Below, piece after piece: positions 12,444-23,452 of a stretch of DNA of 64,000 nucleotides (position 1 is the stretch's first letter; every line of letters starts with the position of its first letter). The stretch lies in contig CM059431.1 in NCBI GenBank assembly GCA_030390025.1, forward strand, positions 141,796,001-141,860,000. Direction: 5' to 3'. Made by a program: the position numbers and the translations under genes. The DNA is from Squalus acanthias (lineage: Eukaryota). A model generated the notes under the pieces. The model was not told where the DNA came from. It was given only the letters and a program-made list of their open reading frames with translations, and did no database searches.

Positions 12444-12692
12444 GAAGAAGATAGGAGCAGGAGTAGACCATTCGGCCCCTCGAACCTGCTCCGCCATTCA
12501 ATGAGATCATGGCTGATCATCCAAATTCAGTACCCCCGTCCCTGCCTTCTCCCCATATCCCATGATCCCTTTAGCCTTAAGAAATATATCTAACTCCTTC
12601 TTGAATATATTTAATGAATTGGCCTCCACTGCTTTCTGTGGTAGGGAATTCCACAGGTTCACCACACTCTGGGTGAATAAATTCCTCCTCAT
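12444..12692 (-). mobile_element. CR1 3'-end fragment
   Basis: RRNLFTQSVVNLWNSLPQKAVEA...GYGEKAG followed by CR1 3' UTR. Confidence 0.85.
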
Positions 12693-15402
12693 AAACATAA
12701 GAACATAAGAAGTAGGAGCAGGAATAGGCCACATGGCCCCTCGGGCCTGCTCCGCCATTCAATAGGATCATGGCTGATCCGAACCTAGACTCATGTCCAC
12801 GTCCCTGCCCGCTCCCCATAACCCTTAATTCCCGTATCAGCTAGGAAACTGTCTATCTCCGTTTTAAATTTATTTAATGTCGCAGCTTCCACAGCTCTCT
12901 GAGGTAGCAAATTCCATAGATTTACTACCCTCTGAGTGAAGACGTTTCTCCTCATCTCAGTTATGAAACGGCAGCCTCTTGTTCTAAGATTATGGCCCCT
13001 AGTTCTAGTCTCACCCATCAGTGGAAACATCCTCCCTGCCTCCACCCGATCAAGCCCCCTCACAATCTTATATGTTTCGTAAGATCGCCTCTCATTCTTC
13101 TGAATTCCAAAAAGTAGAGGCCCAACCTACTCAACCTTTCCTCATAAGTCAACCCCCTCATCTCCGGAATCAACCGAGTGAACCTTCTCTGAACTGCCTC
13201 GAGAGCAAGTATATCTTTTCTTAAATATGGAAACGAAAAGTGTACGCAGTATTCCAGGTGTGGCCTCACCAGTACCTTGTATAACTGAAGCAAGACTTCC
13301 CTGCTTTTATACTCCATCCCCCTTGCAATAAAAGCGAAGATTCCATTGGCCTTCCTGATCACCTGATGTACCTGCATACTAACCTTCTGTGTTTCATGCA
13401 CCAGGACCCCCAGATCCCTTTGTCCTGGAGCACTTTGCAGTTTCTTTCCATTTAGATAATAACTTGCTCTTTGATTTTTCCGCCAAAGTGCATAACCTCA
13501 CACTTTCCAACATTATATTCCATCTGCCAAATTTACGCCCACTCACTTAGCCTGTCTATGTCCTTTTGCAGGTTTTTTATGTCCTCCTCACTCACTGCTT
13601 TTCCTCCCATCTTTGTATTGTCAGCAAACTTGGATACGTTGCACTTGCTCCCCTCCTCCAAATCGTTAATATAGATTGTAAAGAGTCGGGGTCCCAGCAC
13701 TGACTCTTGTGGAACACCACTAGTTACTGATTGCCAACCCGAAAATGAACCATTTATCCCAACTCTCTGTTTTCTGTTAGATAGCCAATCTTCCACCCAT
13801 GCCAGTATATTACCCCCAATCCAGTGATTTTTTTATCTTGTGCAGTAATCTTTTGCGTGGCACCTTATCAAATGCCTTTTGGAAGTCCAAAACCACCACA
13901 GCCACTGTTTCCCCTTTATCCACCCTGTTTGTTACGTCCTCAAAGAAATCGAGCAAATTTGCCAAGCATGATTTCCCCTTCATAAAACCATGCTGACTCT
14001 GTCCGATTAAATTATGCTTATCCAAATGTCCTGTTACTGCTTCCTTAATAATGGACTCCAACATTTTACCAACCACAGATGTTAGGCTAGCTGGTCTATA
14101 GTTTCCAGCCTTTTGTCTACCTCCATTTTTAAATAAGGGCGTTACATTAGCAGTTTTGCAATCTGCTGGGACCTTTCCCGAATCCAGGGAGTTTTGGAAA
14201 ATTACCTCCAATGCATCCGCAATCCCTACCGCTGCTTCTCTCAAGCCCCTAGAATGTAAGCCATCAGGTCCAGGGGATTTATCCGCCTTAAGTCCCATTA
14301 TCTTACCGAGTACCATCTCCTTAGTGATTTTAATCGTGTTTAGCTCCTCCCCCCCATAGCCCCCCGTTTGTACAGTGTTGGGATATTTTTAGTATCCTCT
14401 ACTGTAAAGACTGATACCAAATATTTGTTCAGCGTATTTGCCATCTCCGTGTTCCCCACTACTAATTTCCCGGTCTCGTCCTCTAAGGGACCAACATTCA
14501 CTTTAGCCACCCTTTTTCTTTTTATAGAACTGTAGAAACTCTTGCTATCTGTTTTTATATTTTTTGCTAGTTTACTTTCATAATCTATCTACCCCTTCTT
14601 AATTAATCTTTTAGTTATTCTTTGCTCGCTTTTAAATGCTTCCCAATCTTCTATCCTCCCACTAGATTTGGCTACTTTATATGCCCTTGTTTTCAGTCGG
14701 ATGCTATCCTTTATTACTTTACTTAGCCACGGATGGCTGTCTTTTCTTTTACTCCCCTTTTTCCTCAGTGGAATATATTTTTCTTCAAAGTTGTGAAATA
14801 CCTCCTTCAATGGACACCACTGCTCTTGTACCGTCTTACACCTTAATCTATTTTTCCAGTCTACTTTAGTCAACTCTGCTCTCATACCTTCAAAGTCTCC
14901 TTTATTTAAGCTTAGTACGCTGGTTTGAGATCCAACTCTCTCACCCTCCATCTGAATTTGGAATTCAACCATGTTATGGTCACTCATTCCAAGGGGATCC
15001 TTTACGAGGACATTTTTTATTAATCCTGTCTCATTACACAGGGACAGATCTAAGATTGCCTTCCCCCTGGTTGGTTCAGTAACATACTGCTCAAGGAACC
15101 CGTCCCTAATGCACTCTATGAAGTCTTCCTCAAGGCTGCCCTGCCCAATTTGATTTGTCCAGTCAATATGAAAGTTAAAATCTCCTATGATTATAGCTGT
15201 TCACTTATTACAAGCCCCAACTATTTCCTGATTTATACTACGACCAATAGAGTTACAACTGTTAGGAGGCCTATAGACTACGCCCACTAGTGACTTTTTC
15301 CCCTTATTATTCCTTATCTGCACGCAAACTGTTTCACTATCCTGATCCTTTGACCCAATATCATTTTTCACTATTGCAGTGATTCCATCCTTTATTAACA
15401 TA

Positions 15403-15620
15403 AATGAGAAGTCGCACAACACCAGGTTATAGTCCAACAGTTTTATTTAAAATTACGAGCTTTCGGAGCTGCTGCCCCTTCGTCAGGTACCTTTACCTGA
15501 CGAAGGGGCAGCAGCTCCGAAAGCTCGTAATTTTAAATAAAATTGTTGGACTATAACCTGGTGTTGTGCGACTTCTCATTTTTGTCCACCCCAGTCCAAC
15601 ACCGGCATCTCCGCATTAAA
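15403..15620 (+). mobile_element. Short palindromic Penelope-derived insertion inside CR1 ORF2
   Basis: ~87-bp near-perfect inverted repeat centred at ~15491; splits the CR1 GGGVAM|LIKDG sequence; AACATA duplication (15397-15402, 15621-15626). Confidence 0.88.
15493..15530 (+). ncRNA. Minimal type I hammerhead ribozyme motif (second copy on - strand at 15454-15489)
   Basis: TTAC-CTGACGA-A-GGGGC-AGCA-GCTCC-GAA-AGCT-C-GTAA: stem I TTAC/GTAA, UC cleavage site, palindromic AGCU. Confidence 0.8.
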
Positions 15621-16007
15621 AACATAGCCACCCCACCTCCCTTTCCTTCCTGTCTGTCCTTCCTAATAGTCAAATACCCTGGATGTTTAGTTCCCAGTCA
15701 TGGTCACCTCGCAGCCATGTTTCTGTAATGGCCACCAGATCATACCCATGTGTAGTTATTTGTACCGTCAAATCGTCTATTTTATTACGAATGCTGCGTG
15801 CATTCAGATAAAGAACTTTTAAACATGTTTTGTGACAATTTATTCCTACTTTTACCCCCTTTACTACTTTACCTTTATCTTTATATATTCTGTCCCTTCC
15901 TGACACGCTCTGGTTTTTAATTTCCCCCATTGCTAATTTGCTCTATTGCCTTCTCCGCTGACATTTTTGTTCTTCGCTCTCTTGAAACCACCCCCCCCCA
16001 CCACTAA

Positions 16008-16964
16008 TTAGTTTAAAGCCCTCTCTACAGCCCTAGTTATTCGATTCGCCAGGATTCTAGTCCCAGCACTGGCCAAGTGAAGTCCGTCCCAACGGAACAG
16101 CTCTCTCCCATCCCAGTACTGGTGCCAGTGTCCCAACAAGCAAAACCCATTTCTCCCACACCAGTCTTTGAGCCACGCATTTAACTGTCTGATTTTATTT
16201 ACCCTAGCCAAATTTGCTCGTGGCTCAGGTATTAATCTAAAGATTATTACCCTTGTGGTTCTGCTTTTTAATTTGGCCCCTAGCTGCTCATACTCCCTCA
16301 GCATAACCTCTTTCCTTGTCCTATCTATGTCGTTGGCACCAACATGGACCACGACAACTGGATTCTCCCCCTCCCACTCCAAGTTTCTCTCCAGCCCAGA
16401 GGAGATTTCCTTAACCCTGGCACCGGGCAGGCAACACAACCTTCGGGACTCTCGCTCTCGGCTGCAAAGAACCCTATCTATCCCCCTTATGATACTATCC
16501 CCTACCTATACAACATTTCTTTTTACTGCCCCCACTTGTATTGCCCCCCGTTCCACGGTGCTGTGGCCAGGTGGCTCATCCTTCCTGCAGTCCCTGCTCC
16601 CGTCCTCACAGGGAGTAAGAGCCTCGAACCTGTTGGACAAGAGCAAGGGCTGTGGCTCCTCCAACACTACCTCCTGGATCACCGTACCTGCCTCACTCAT
16701 AGTCACACCCTCCTGTCCCTGACCACGGACTGCATCTGAATTTGTTAATCTAATTGGTGTGACTACTTCCTGGAACACAGAGTCCAGGCAACTCTCCCCC
16801 TCCCTGATGTGTCGCAGTGTTTGAAGCTCGGACTCCAACTCATCAACACGGAGCCGGAGTTCCTCGAGCAGCCAACACTTACTGCATATGTGATCACCGT
16901 GAGCATCAATGGTGTCCACCAGCTCCCACATATTGCAGCAGTAACACATCACCTGCTCTCCCAT
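16008..16964 (-). pseudogene. CR1 ORF1 (CxxC...CxxC zinc finger, coiled coil, SGNH/GDSL esterase), one in-frame stop
   Basis: ORFs 16506-16964 and 16008-16439 are in one frame; CLPGA, HVGAND and DGLHL motifs. Confidence 0.9.
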
Positions 16965-17749
16965 TCTATGTAATTAATTCAATTTATTAATATTTTTAAA
17001 TACCCTCTGCCCCGCCTGATGAATATCACACCTGACAAACTGTAAACCACAGAGTTTAAGTTTAAAAAGAGAGAAATACTCGCCAACCAATTACTTAACT
17101 GCTTTCTGGTGACGTCACACCTCGATTGTTTTTACCTCTCTCCCTCCCTCCGAGTTCGGAGACTGGTCCCGCCTTAACTGGTCTCTGGAGCCTTTTAAAC
17201 CCTCTGCCACCGCCTCGCCTCACGCAGGTCCGCCGCCGCACCAGGAAGCTGACAAAGATGGAAAAAGGAAGGAACACCTCCCCCCCCTCACTCCCTCACT
17301 CACCAAACTCGCAGCTTAACACTCTGTTCCAATCTGCACTCCGTTACAAACTGCACTCTAGTCTCCATTATTTATACTGCTGAGATTTAAGTAAGTGAGC
17401 TCTCTGGCAGTTACAGAACCAGATTAGATCAGTTAATTAATTAATTACTCTCACCTGCTCTCCAGCACAGAGCTTGCTTAGCCCTGCCCAAGCCTGGAAG
17501 AAACTTAAAACTTGAAACAGTAAATTTAAATGCTAATTGTAAGCACACAAGACTAGAATTTATAAAAATAAGAGATTAACCTTTAAGATTTACTCCCTCA
17601 CTCACCAAACTCACAGCTTAACACTCTGTTCCAATCTGCACTCCGTGACAAACTGCACTCTCTACAGCTAGTTCAAAGGCTACTGCAGCCGATGTGTTGG
17701 CCTTGTATGGATCAAACGGTGAATGCCATTATTAATGACTGTTTTGTGA

Positions 17750-18210
17750 GTAGAAGCGTTTCCTAATTGCACTCCTGAAAAGCCTGGCTCTAATTTTCAG
17801 ATTATGCTCCCCAGTCCTAGAATCCCCAGCCTGCGGAAATAGCTTCTCTCTATCTACCTTATCTGTTCCTATTCATATCTTGAAAACGTCAATCAAATCA
17901 CTCCTCAACCTTCTAAATTCTAGGCAATACAATGCTAATTTGTGTAATATTTCATCATAATTGAAACCTTTGTATCTGGGTATCATTTTGGTAAACCTTC
18001 GTTGCACTCCCTGTAAGGCCAACATATCCTTCTTAAGGTTTGGTGCCCAGAACTGCTCACAGTACTCCAGGTGAGGTCTCAACAGCGCTTCGTATAGCTG
18101 CAGCATAACTTCTACCCCTTGTATTCTTGACCTCTAGATATAAATGCCAGTATGCTATTGGCCTTTTTGTTTATTTTCTTTGCATGTGCATGATATTTGA
18201 ATGATCTATC
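17750..18210 (-). mobile_element. Old CR1 RT fragment
   Basis: MLQLYEALLRPHLEYCEQFWAP...RRLRSDLI (ORF 17873-18106). Confidence 0.85.
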
Positions 18211-18271
18211 TGAGAGTGTAATGATGCAGGGCAACCAGTGAAGGTCCTTTAGTGACGCTGGTTCTACAGGA

Positions 18272-18333
18272 GCCCGGATAGCTCAATTGGTAGAATATCA
18301 GACCTTTAATCTGACAGTCCAGGGTACAAGTCC
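18272..18333 (+). pseudogene. tRNA-Lys(TTT) pseudogene, 3'-truncated
   Basis: GCCCGGATAGCTCAATTGGTAGAATATCAGACCTTTAATCTGACAGTCCAGGGTACAAGTCC; 3' acceptor strand missing. Confidence 0.85.
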
Positions 18334-19050
18334 TCATCCCTCACATTCATGCAGTAACGTAAAACTCTGATTATTTAATGATGGCAACAAGAGTACACCA
18401 TTTAGGCCTTCGATTCTGTTCTGCCATTCAATGAGATCTGTGACCAAACTCCCTTTGCACCAGATTCCTTAATACCTGTGGTTAACATCAATCAATCAAA
18501 GTTTAACAATTGACCCAACATTAGCTGCTGCTTGTGAAAGTGAGATACAAATTTCTACCACCCATTCCATGGAGAAGTCTTTCCTAATTTCACTCCTGCA
18601 AAGGCTTGGACCTAATCTTTAGGCTGTGGCCCCTAGTCCTAGACTCGCCAATTATCGGAAATAGCTTCTCTCTATCTGCCCTATCAGTTCCCCTTAATAC
18701 CGTGAATACTTCAATCATATCACCCCTTAAGCTTCTAAATTCCAGTGATTACAAACCTAGTTTTTCGTAATCTTTCCCTTGTAATTGAACCCTTGGACTC
18801 TATGTATTATTCTGGTAAATCTACGCTTCACTCTTTAATCCTAATACTACCTTCCGAAGGTGTAATGCCCATAAGTGAACACAGTATTCCAGGTGTGGTC
18901 TATCCAGGGCTTTGTATAGCTGTAGCTTAATTTCTCCCCCTTATATTGTAATCCTATAGATATAAATACCACCATTCAATTAGCCTTTTTGATTCTTTTA
19001 TCTACCTGTCCAAGACAATTTGATGATAAATGTGCACGGCTATTTACATG

Positions 19051-19115
19051 GGCGTGGTGGACAAACGGTAAGTCTTGTAAACCAAAGAGCGCGGGTTCGA
19101 TCCCCGTCCGTGTCT
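19051..19115 (+). pseudogene. tRNA-Thr(CGT-type) pseudogene with a 7-nt deletion in the anticodon stem
   Basis: GGCGTGGTGGACAAACGGTAAG/TCTTGTAAACCAAAGAGCGCGGGTTCGATCCCCGTCCGTGTCT; B box intact. Confidence 0.82.
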
Positions 19116-19707
19116 CGGCTAGTTTTGCATATTTCAGGCTATGTTTTCCGAATGAAACGTCCATTGGCTAGCCTCTTGATGTCTACAGGACATAGAAAGG
19201 CTAACAGACAAGTGGTTGAGGGGTGATTTGATAGAGGTGTATAAGATTATGACGGGTATGGATAGGATAGACGGGGAAAGGCTGTTCCCACTAGTTGATG
19301 GTTCAAGGACTAGGGGACACTGATTTCTGGATTTGTGCAAGTGATACAAGGGGGATGTGAAGGGAAAGAAAAGTACGCAGCGAATGGTGAAGACCTGGAC
19401 TTCGCTGCCGACGGAAGCAGTGGAAGCGGAGACACTCAATTTTTTCAAAGGGAGACTGGATAGGCAATTGAGCGAAATAAACTTGCAGAGCTATGGGGAT
19501 AGAGCGGGGGAATGGGACTGACTGGATTGCTCTACAGAGAGCCTGCACAGACTCGATGGGCCGAATCTCCTCCTTCTGTGCCGTTATGACACTATGACTA
19601 TGACTAAGTCATAAGCTGGACCACTGGAAAAGAAAATTGAATTTGTAGAGTTTGCAATGATGCACGGCAGCAAATGAAAGGCCTTTTGTGAGCTTTTGCC
19701 AACTTGA

Positions 19708-19780
19708 GCCCGGCTTGCTCAATCGGTACAGCATCAGATTTTTAACTTGAGAGTCTAGAATTCAAGTCACTGCACAGGTG
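19708..19780 (+). pseudogene. tRNA-Lys(TTT) pseudogene
   Basis: 73-nt match to vertebrate Lys-TTT with many stem mismatches. Confidence 0.82.
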
Positions 19781-20527
19781 CTGCATTCAAATGGCGGTTC
19801 TCTTCTCCATATTCGGGCTCTGATCCTTTAACAATGAGAGTAGCAACAGGAGGAGGACGTTTAACCCCTCGACCTTTTCTGTCATTTAGTGAGATCATGT
19901 GATGTAACTCGTTTTCATCACTTTGCTCCAGATTCCTTAATACCTTTGGTTAACAAAAATCCATCAATCTCAGGTTTATAATTAACAATTGAACCAACAT
20001 TAACTGCTGTTTGTGGAAGTGAGTTACAAATTTCTACCATCCATTCCATGTAGAAGTGTTTCCTAAATTCACTCCTGTAAAGGCTTGGGTCTAATATTTA
20101 GGCTGTGCCCCCGAGTCCTAGACTCGCCAATTATCGGAAATAGCTTCTCTCTATCTACCCTATCAGTTCCCCTTAATATCGTGAATACTTCAATCATATC
20201 ATTCCTTAAGCTTCTAAATTCCAGTGAAGATAACCCTAGCTTTTTGTAATCTCCCATTGTAATTGAACCCTTGGACTCTATGTATCATTCTGGTAAATCT
20301 GCGCTTCACTCTTTAATCCTAATACTACCTTCCTAATGTGTGATGCCCAGAAGTGAACACAGTACTCCAGGTGTGGTCTAATCAGTGCTTTGTATAGCTG
20401 CTGCATAATTTCTCCCCCTTATATTGTAATCCTATTGATATAAATACCACCAGTTAATTAGCCTTTTTGATTATTTTCTGTACCTGTCATGACAATTTAA
20501 TGATAAATGTAGGGTGCGAGGTAAGTG

Positions 20528-20600
20528 GGCGCGGTGGCCAAGCGGTAAGGCATCAGTCTTGTTAAACCGAAGAGCGCGGATTCGATACTTGTCCGTGCCT
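20528..20600 (+). pseudogene. tRNA-Thr(CGT-type) pseudogene
   Basis: GGCGCGGTGGCCAAGCGGTAAGGCATCAGTCTTGTTAAACCGAAGAGCGCGGATTCGATACTTGTCCGTGCCT; +1 nt in anticodon loop, T-arm mismatches. Confidence 0.85.
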
Positions 20601-22507
20601 CGGCTATTTTTGAATTATTCAGGCGATGTTTTCCAACAGGTTTTGCAAGGACAGGTTGGAGAAGCTGGATTTATTTTCATTGGAGCAAAGGAGGTTGAGG
20701 GGTGATTTCATAGAGGTGTGTAAGATTATGACGCGTTTGGATAGGATAGACGGGAAAGGCTGTTCTCACTAGTTGATGGTATAAGGGCTATGGGACACAG
20801 ATTTAAGGTTTTGGGCAAGGGATACAGGAGGGACGTGAGGAAAATAAATGTATGCAGCGAGTGGTGAAGACCTGGAATTCGCTGCCGATGGATGTGGTGG
20901 AAGTGGAGACACTCAATGTTTTCAATGGGAGACTGGATAGGCACTTGAGGGAAATAAACTTGCAGGGCTACGGGGATAGAGCCGGGAAATGGGACTGACT
21001 GGATCGGTCTACAAAGAGCCAGCATGGAGTCGATGGGTCGAATAGACTCCTTCTGAGCTGTTATGGCTCTGGCATAGCATAATTTCTCCCCCTTATATTG
21101 TACTCCTATAGATATAAAGACCAGCATTCAATTAGCCTTTTTGATTATTTTCTGTACTTGTTCATGACAATTTAATGATAAATGTACATGGACCCTTAAG
21201 TATCTTTAGACATCCACTGGTTCCAGGTTTACTTCGTTTAGAATGTATTCTGATCTCTCTTTATCTACGCTTCACTCTTTAAGGCTAATACTTCCTTCCT
21301 AATGTGTGGTGCCCGGAACTGAATACAGTCTAATCAGCGCTTTGTATAGCTGCAGCATAACTTGCCCCCTGATACTGTAGTACTCTAGATATAAATATCA
21401 GCATTGCATTAACCTTTTTTTTATTATTTTCTGTACCTGTCCATGATATTTCATGTTATATGTACATGGAAACGTAAGTCTCTTTGGACCTCCACTGTTT
21501 CTAGCCTCTCACTATTTATCACTCTGATCTGTCTTATTTGGGTCCAAAGTCGATAATCTCATACTTGCCTAGATTAAAAATCATTTGCCAAAGTTTTGTC
21601 CAGTCAGTTAATCTATTAATATCTCTTTATAATTTCATGCTTCCATCTACATCTACATATACATCTTTATCGGCAAACTTGGATATCTGGTTTGGATATG
21701 CGGTTTGTTAAGAAGATGGAAACCCATGGCATGAAGTGGAAAGTGGCGGATGGCTACAAAATATGCTCAGTGATAGGAAGCCAATAGTGGTCGTGGATGG
21801 ATGTTTTTTCAGACTGGGAGGTAGTTTGCCTTGTTGTTCACCAAGAGTAATTTTGGGTCCATTACACTTTTCACTTTTTATAAACAACATAGGGAGCAGC
21901 ATTACACACTTAGCAGATGATACGAATCTTGGAAAAGAAGTAAATCGTGATGAGGGTACTTACAGGCTTCAGGCTGACAGAGCAAGGATGGTGAAATGGG
22001 AAGAAGCGCAGATGAAGTTCAATGCGGAGAAGTGTGAAGTGAAAAGTTTAAATGAGCAGAGGAACCTTGGTGTCTATACCAAGTCAGTACAGAGTGCTGT
22101 GAGTTTGGGTAAGTGGGAGTAGTTCTTTAATTGTTAGTTCTCTTTAAATCATTCTTGATAAGAGTACTTCAGAAGTTTAAGTGAAGGGGAAAAGTTATCT
22201 ATTTGGAATTCTGTTGGTTTAAGAAGAGTAAAACAAGGTTACACTGCAGTAGCAGTAAATTGGCACATCAGGCAGTGGAAACCAGTTTTCTAATCAATCA
22301 GCAGGTGTCAAAGTCAGAGGGCGGGGCCAATTCATTGGTACCCGTATATAGGTGGAGCTGTTGCTAAGCCCGAGACACAACACTAGTAGTGTCTCCCACC
22401 CTCCCACCTCCTCTAACCTTTAGGGGTAGAGGGAATTTAAAAGGTAGGTTCGATTTATATTTTGTTTTCAGGGACTTAACTTAATAAAGTGATATAAGGG
22501 TTAAGTC

Positions 22508-23452
22508 ATGGCAGGAAATCTCGGAACCGTGTCGTGCTCCTCCTGTGCTATGTGGGAAATCAGGGACACTTCCATTGTCCCTGACAACTATGCGTGCAGG
22601 AAGTGCGTCCAGCTGCAGCTCCTGACGGACCGCATGGCGGCACTGGAGCTGCGGATGGACTCACTCTGGAGCATCCACGATGCTGAGAACTTTGTGGATT
22701 ACTCATTTAGTGAGTTGAACACACCGCGGGTAAAGGCTAGGTCAGACAGTAAATGGGTGACCAAGAGGCAGGGCAATATCAGGAAGGTAGTGCAGGAGTC
22801 CCCTGCGGTCGTCTCCCTCCAAAACAGATATACCGTTTTGGATACTGTTTGGGGAAATGACCTACCAGGGGAAGGCACCGGCAGCCAGGTTCATGGCACC
22901 ATGGCTGGCTATGCTGCACAGCAGGGCGGGAAAAAGAGTGGTAGAGCTATAGTGATAGGGGACTCAATTGTAAGGGGATTAGGCAGGAGTTTCTGTGGCC
23001 GCAACCGAGATTCCAGGATGGTATGTTGCCTCCCTGGTGCAAGGGGCAAGGATGTCTCAGAGCGGCTGCAGAACATTCTGGAAAGGGAGGGTGAAGAGCC
23101 AGCTGTCGTGGTGCATGTATGTACCAACGATATAGGTAAAAAGCGGAAAGAGGTCCTACAAGCAGAATTTAGGGAGCTAGGAGCTAAATTGAAAAGTAGG
23201 ACCTCAAAGGTAGTAATCTCTGGGTCGCTACCAGTGCCACGTGCTAATCAGAGTAGCATGAACAGGATAGCGAGATTAAATACGTGGCTTGAGCAGTGGT
23301 GCAGGAGGGAGGGATTCAAATACCTGAGGCATTGGAACCAGTTCTGGTGGAAGTGGGACCTGTACAAAAGGGACGGTCTGCACTTGGGCAGGACTGGAAC
23401 CGATGTCCTCGGGTTAATATTTGCTAAGGCAGTTCGGGAGGATTTAAACTAA
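22508..23452 (+). CDS. CR1 ORF1, open 314 aa (zinc finger + SGNH esterase)
   Basis: CSSC...CRKC, VIGDSIVR, CLPGA, TNDIG, DGLHL. Confidence 0.92.
   Translation: MAGNLGTVSCSSCAMWEIRDTSIVPDNYACRKCVQLQLLTDRMAALELRMDSLWSIHDAENFVDYSFSELNTPRVKARSDSKWVTKRQGNIRKVVQESPAVVSLQNRYTVLDTVWGNDLPGEGTGSQVHGTMAGYAAQQGGKKSGRAIVIGDSIVRGLGRSFCGRNRDSRMVCCLPGARGKDVSERLQNILEREGEEPAVVVHVCTNDIGKKRKEVLQAEFRELGAKLKSRTSKVVISGSLPVPRANQSSMNRIARLNTWLEQWCRREGFKYLRHWNQFWWKWDLYKRDGLHLGRTGTDVLGLIFAKAVREDLN

Larger units (their letters stand above)
12693..17662 (-). mobile_element. Full-length degenerate CR1 LINE (ORF1 + APE/RT ORF2)
   Basis: 5' UTR, ORF1 16964-16008, ORF2 pieces 15930-12791 (LNARSI, ITETW, VYRPP, SDH, PGPDG, FADN, TRGH), TTCTTATG tail at ~12693-12711. 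Confidence 0.95.
18220..21070 (+). repeat. Tandem duplication of a ~1.45-kb unit: tRNA-Lys / antisense CR1 piece / tRNA-Thr / sense CR1 3' end
   Basis: 18220-19650 aligns with 19655-21070 (e.g. 18540 vs 20019, 19215 vs 20690). Confidence 0.9.

Noticed and set aside
16168..16739. Long antisense ORFs over CR1/PLE (also 34742-35587, 33153-33488)
   Set aside because: Shadow frames of retroelement coding strands with no independent motifs.
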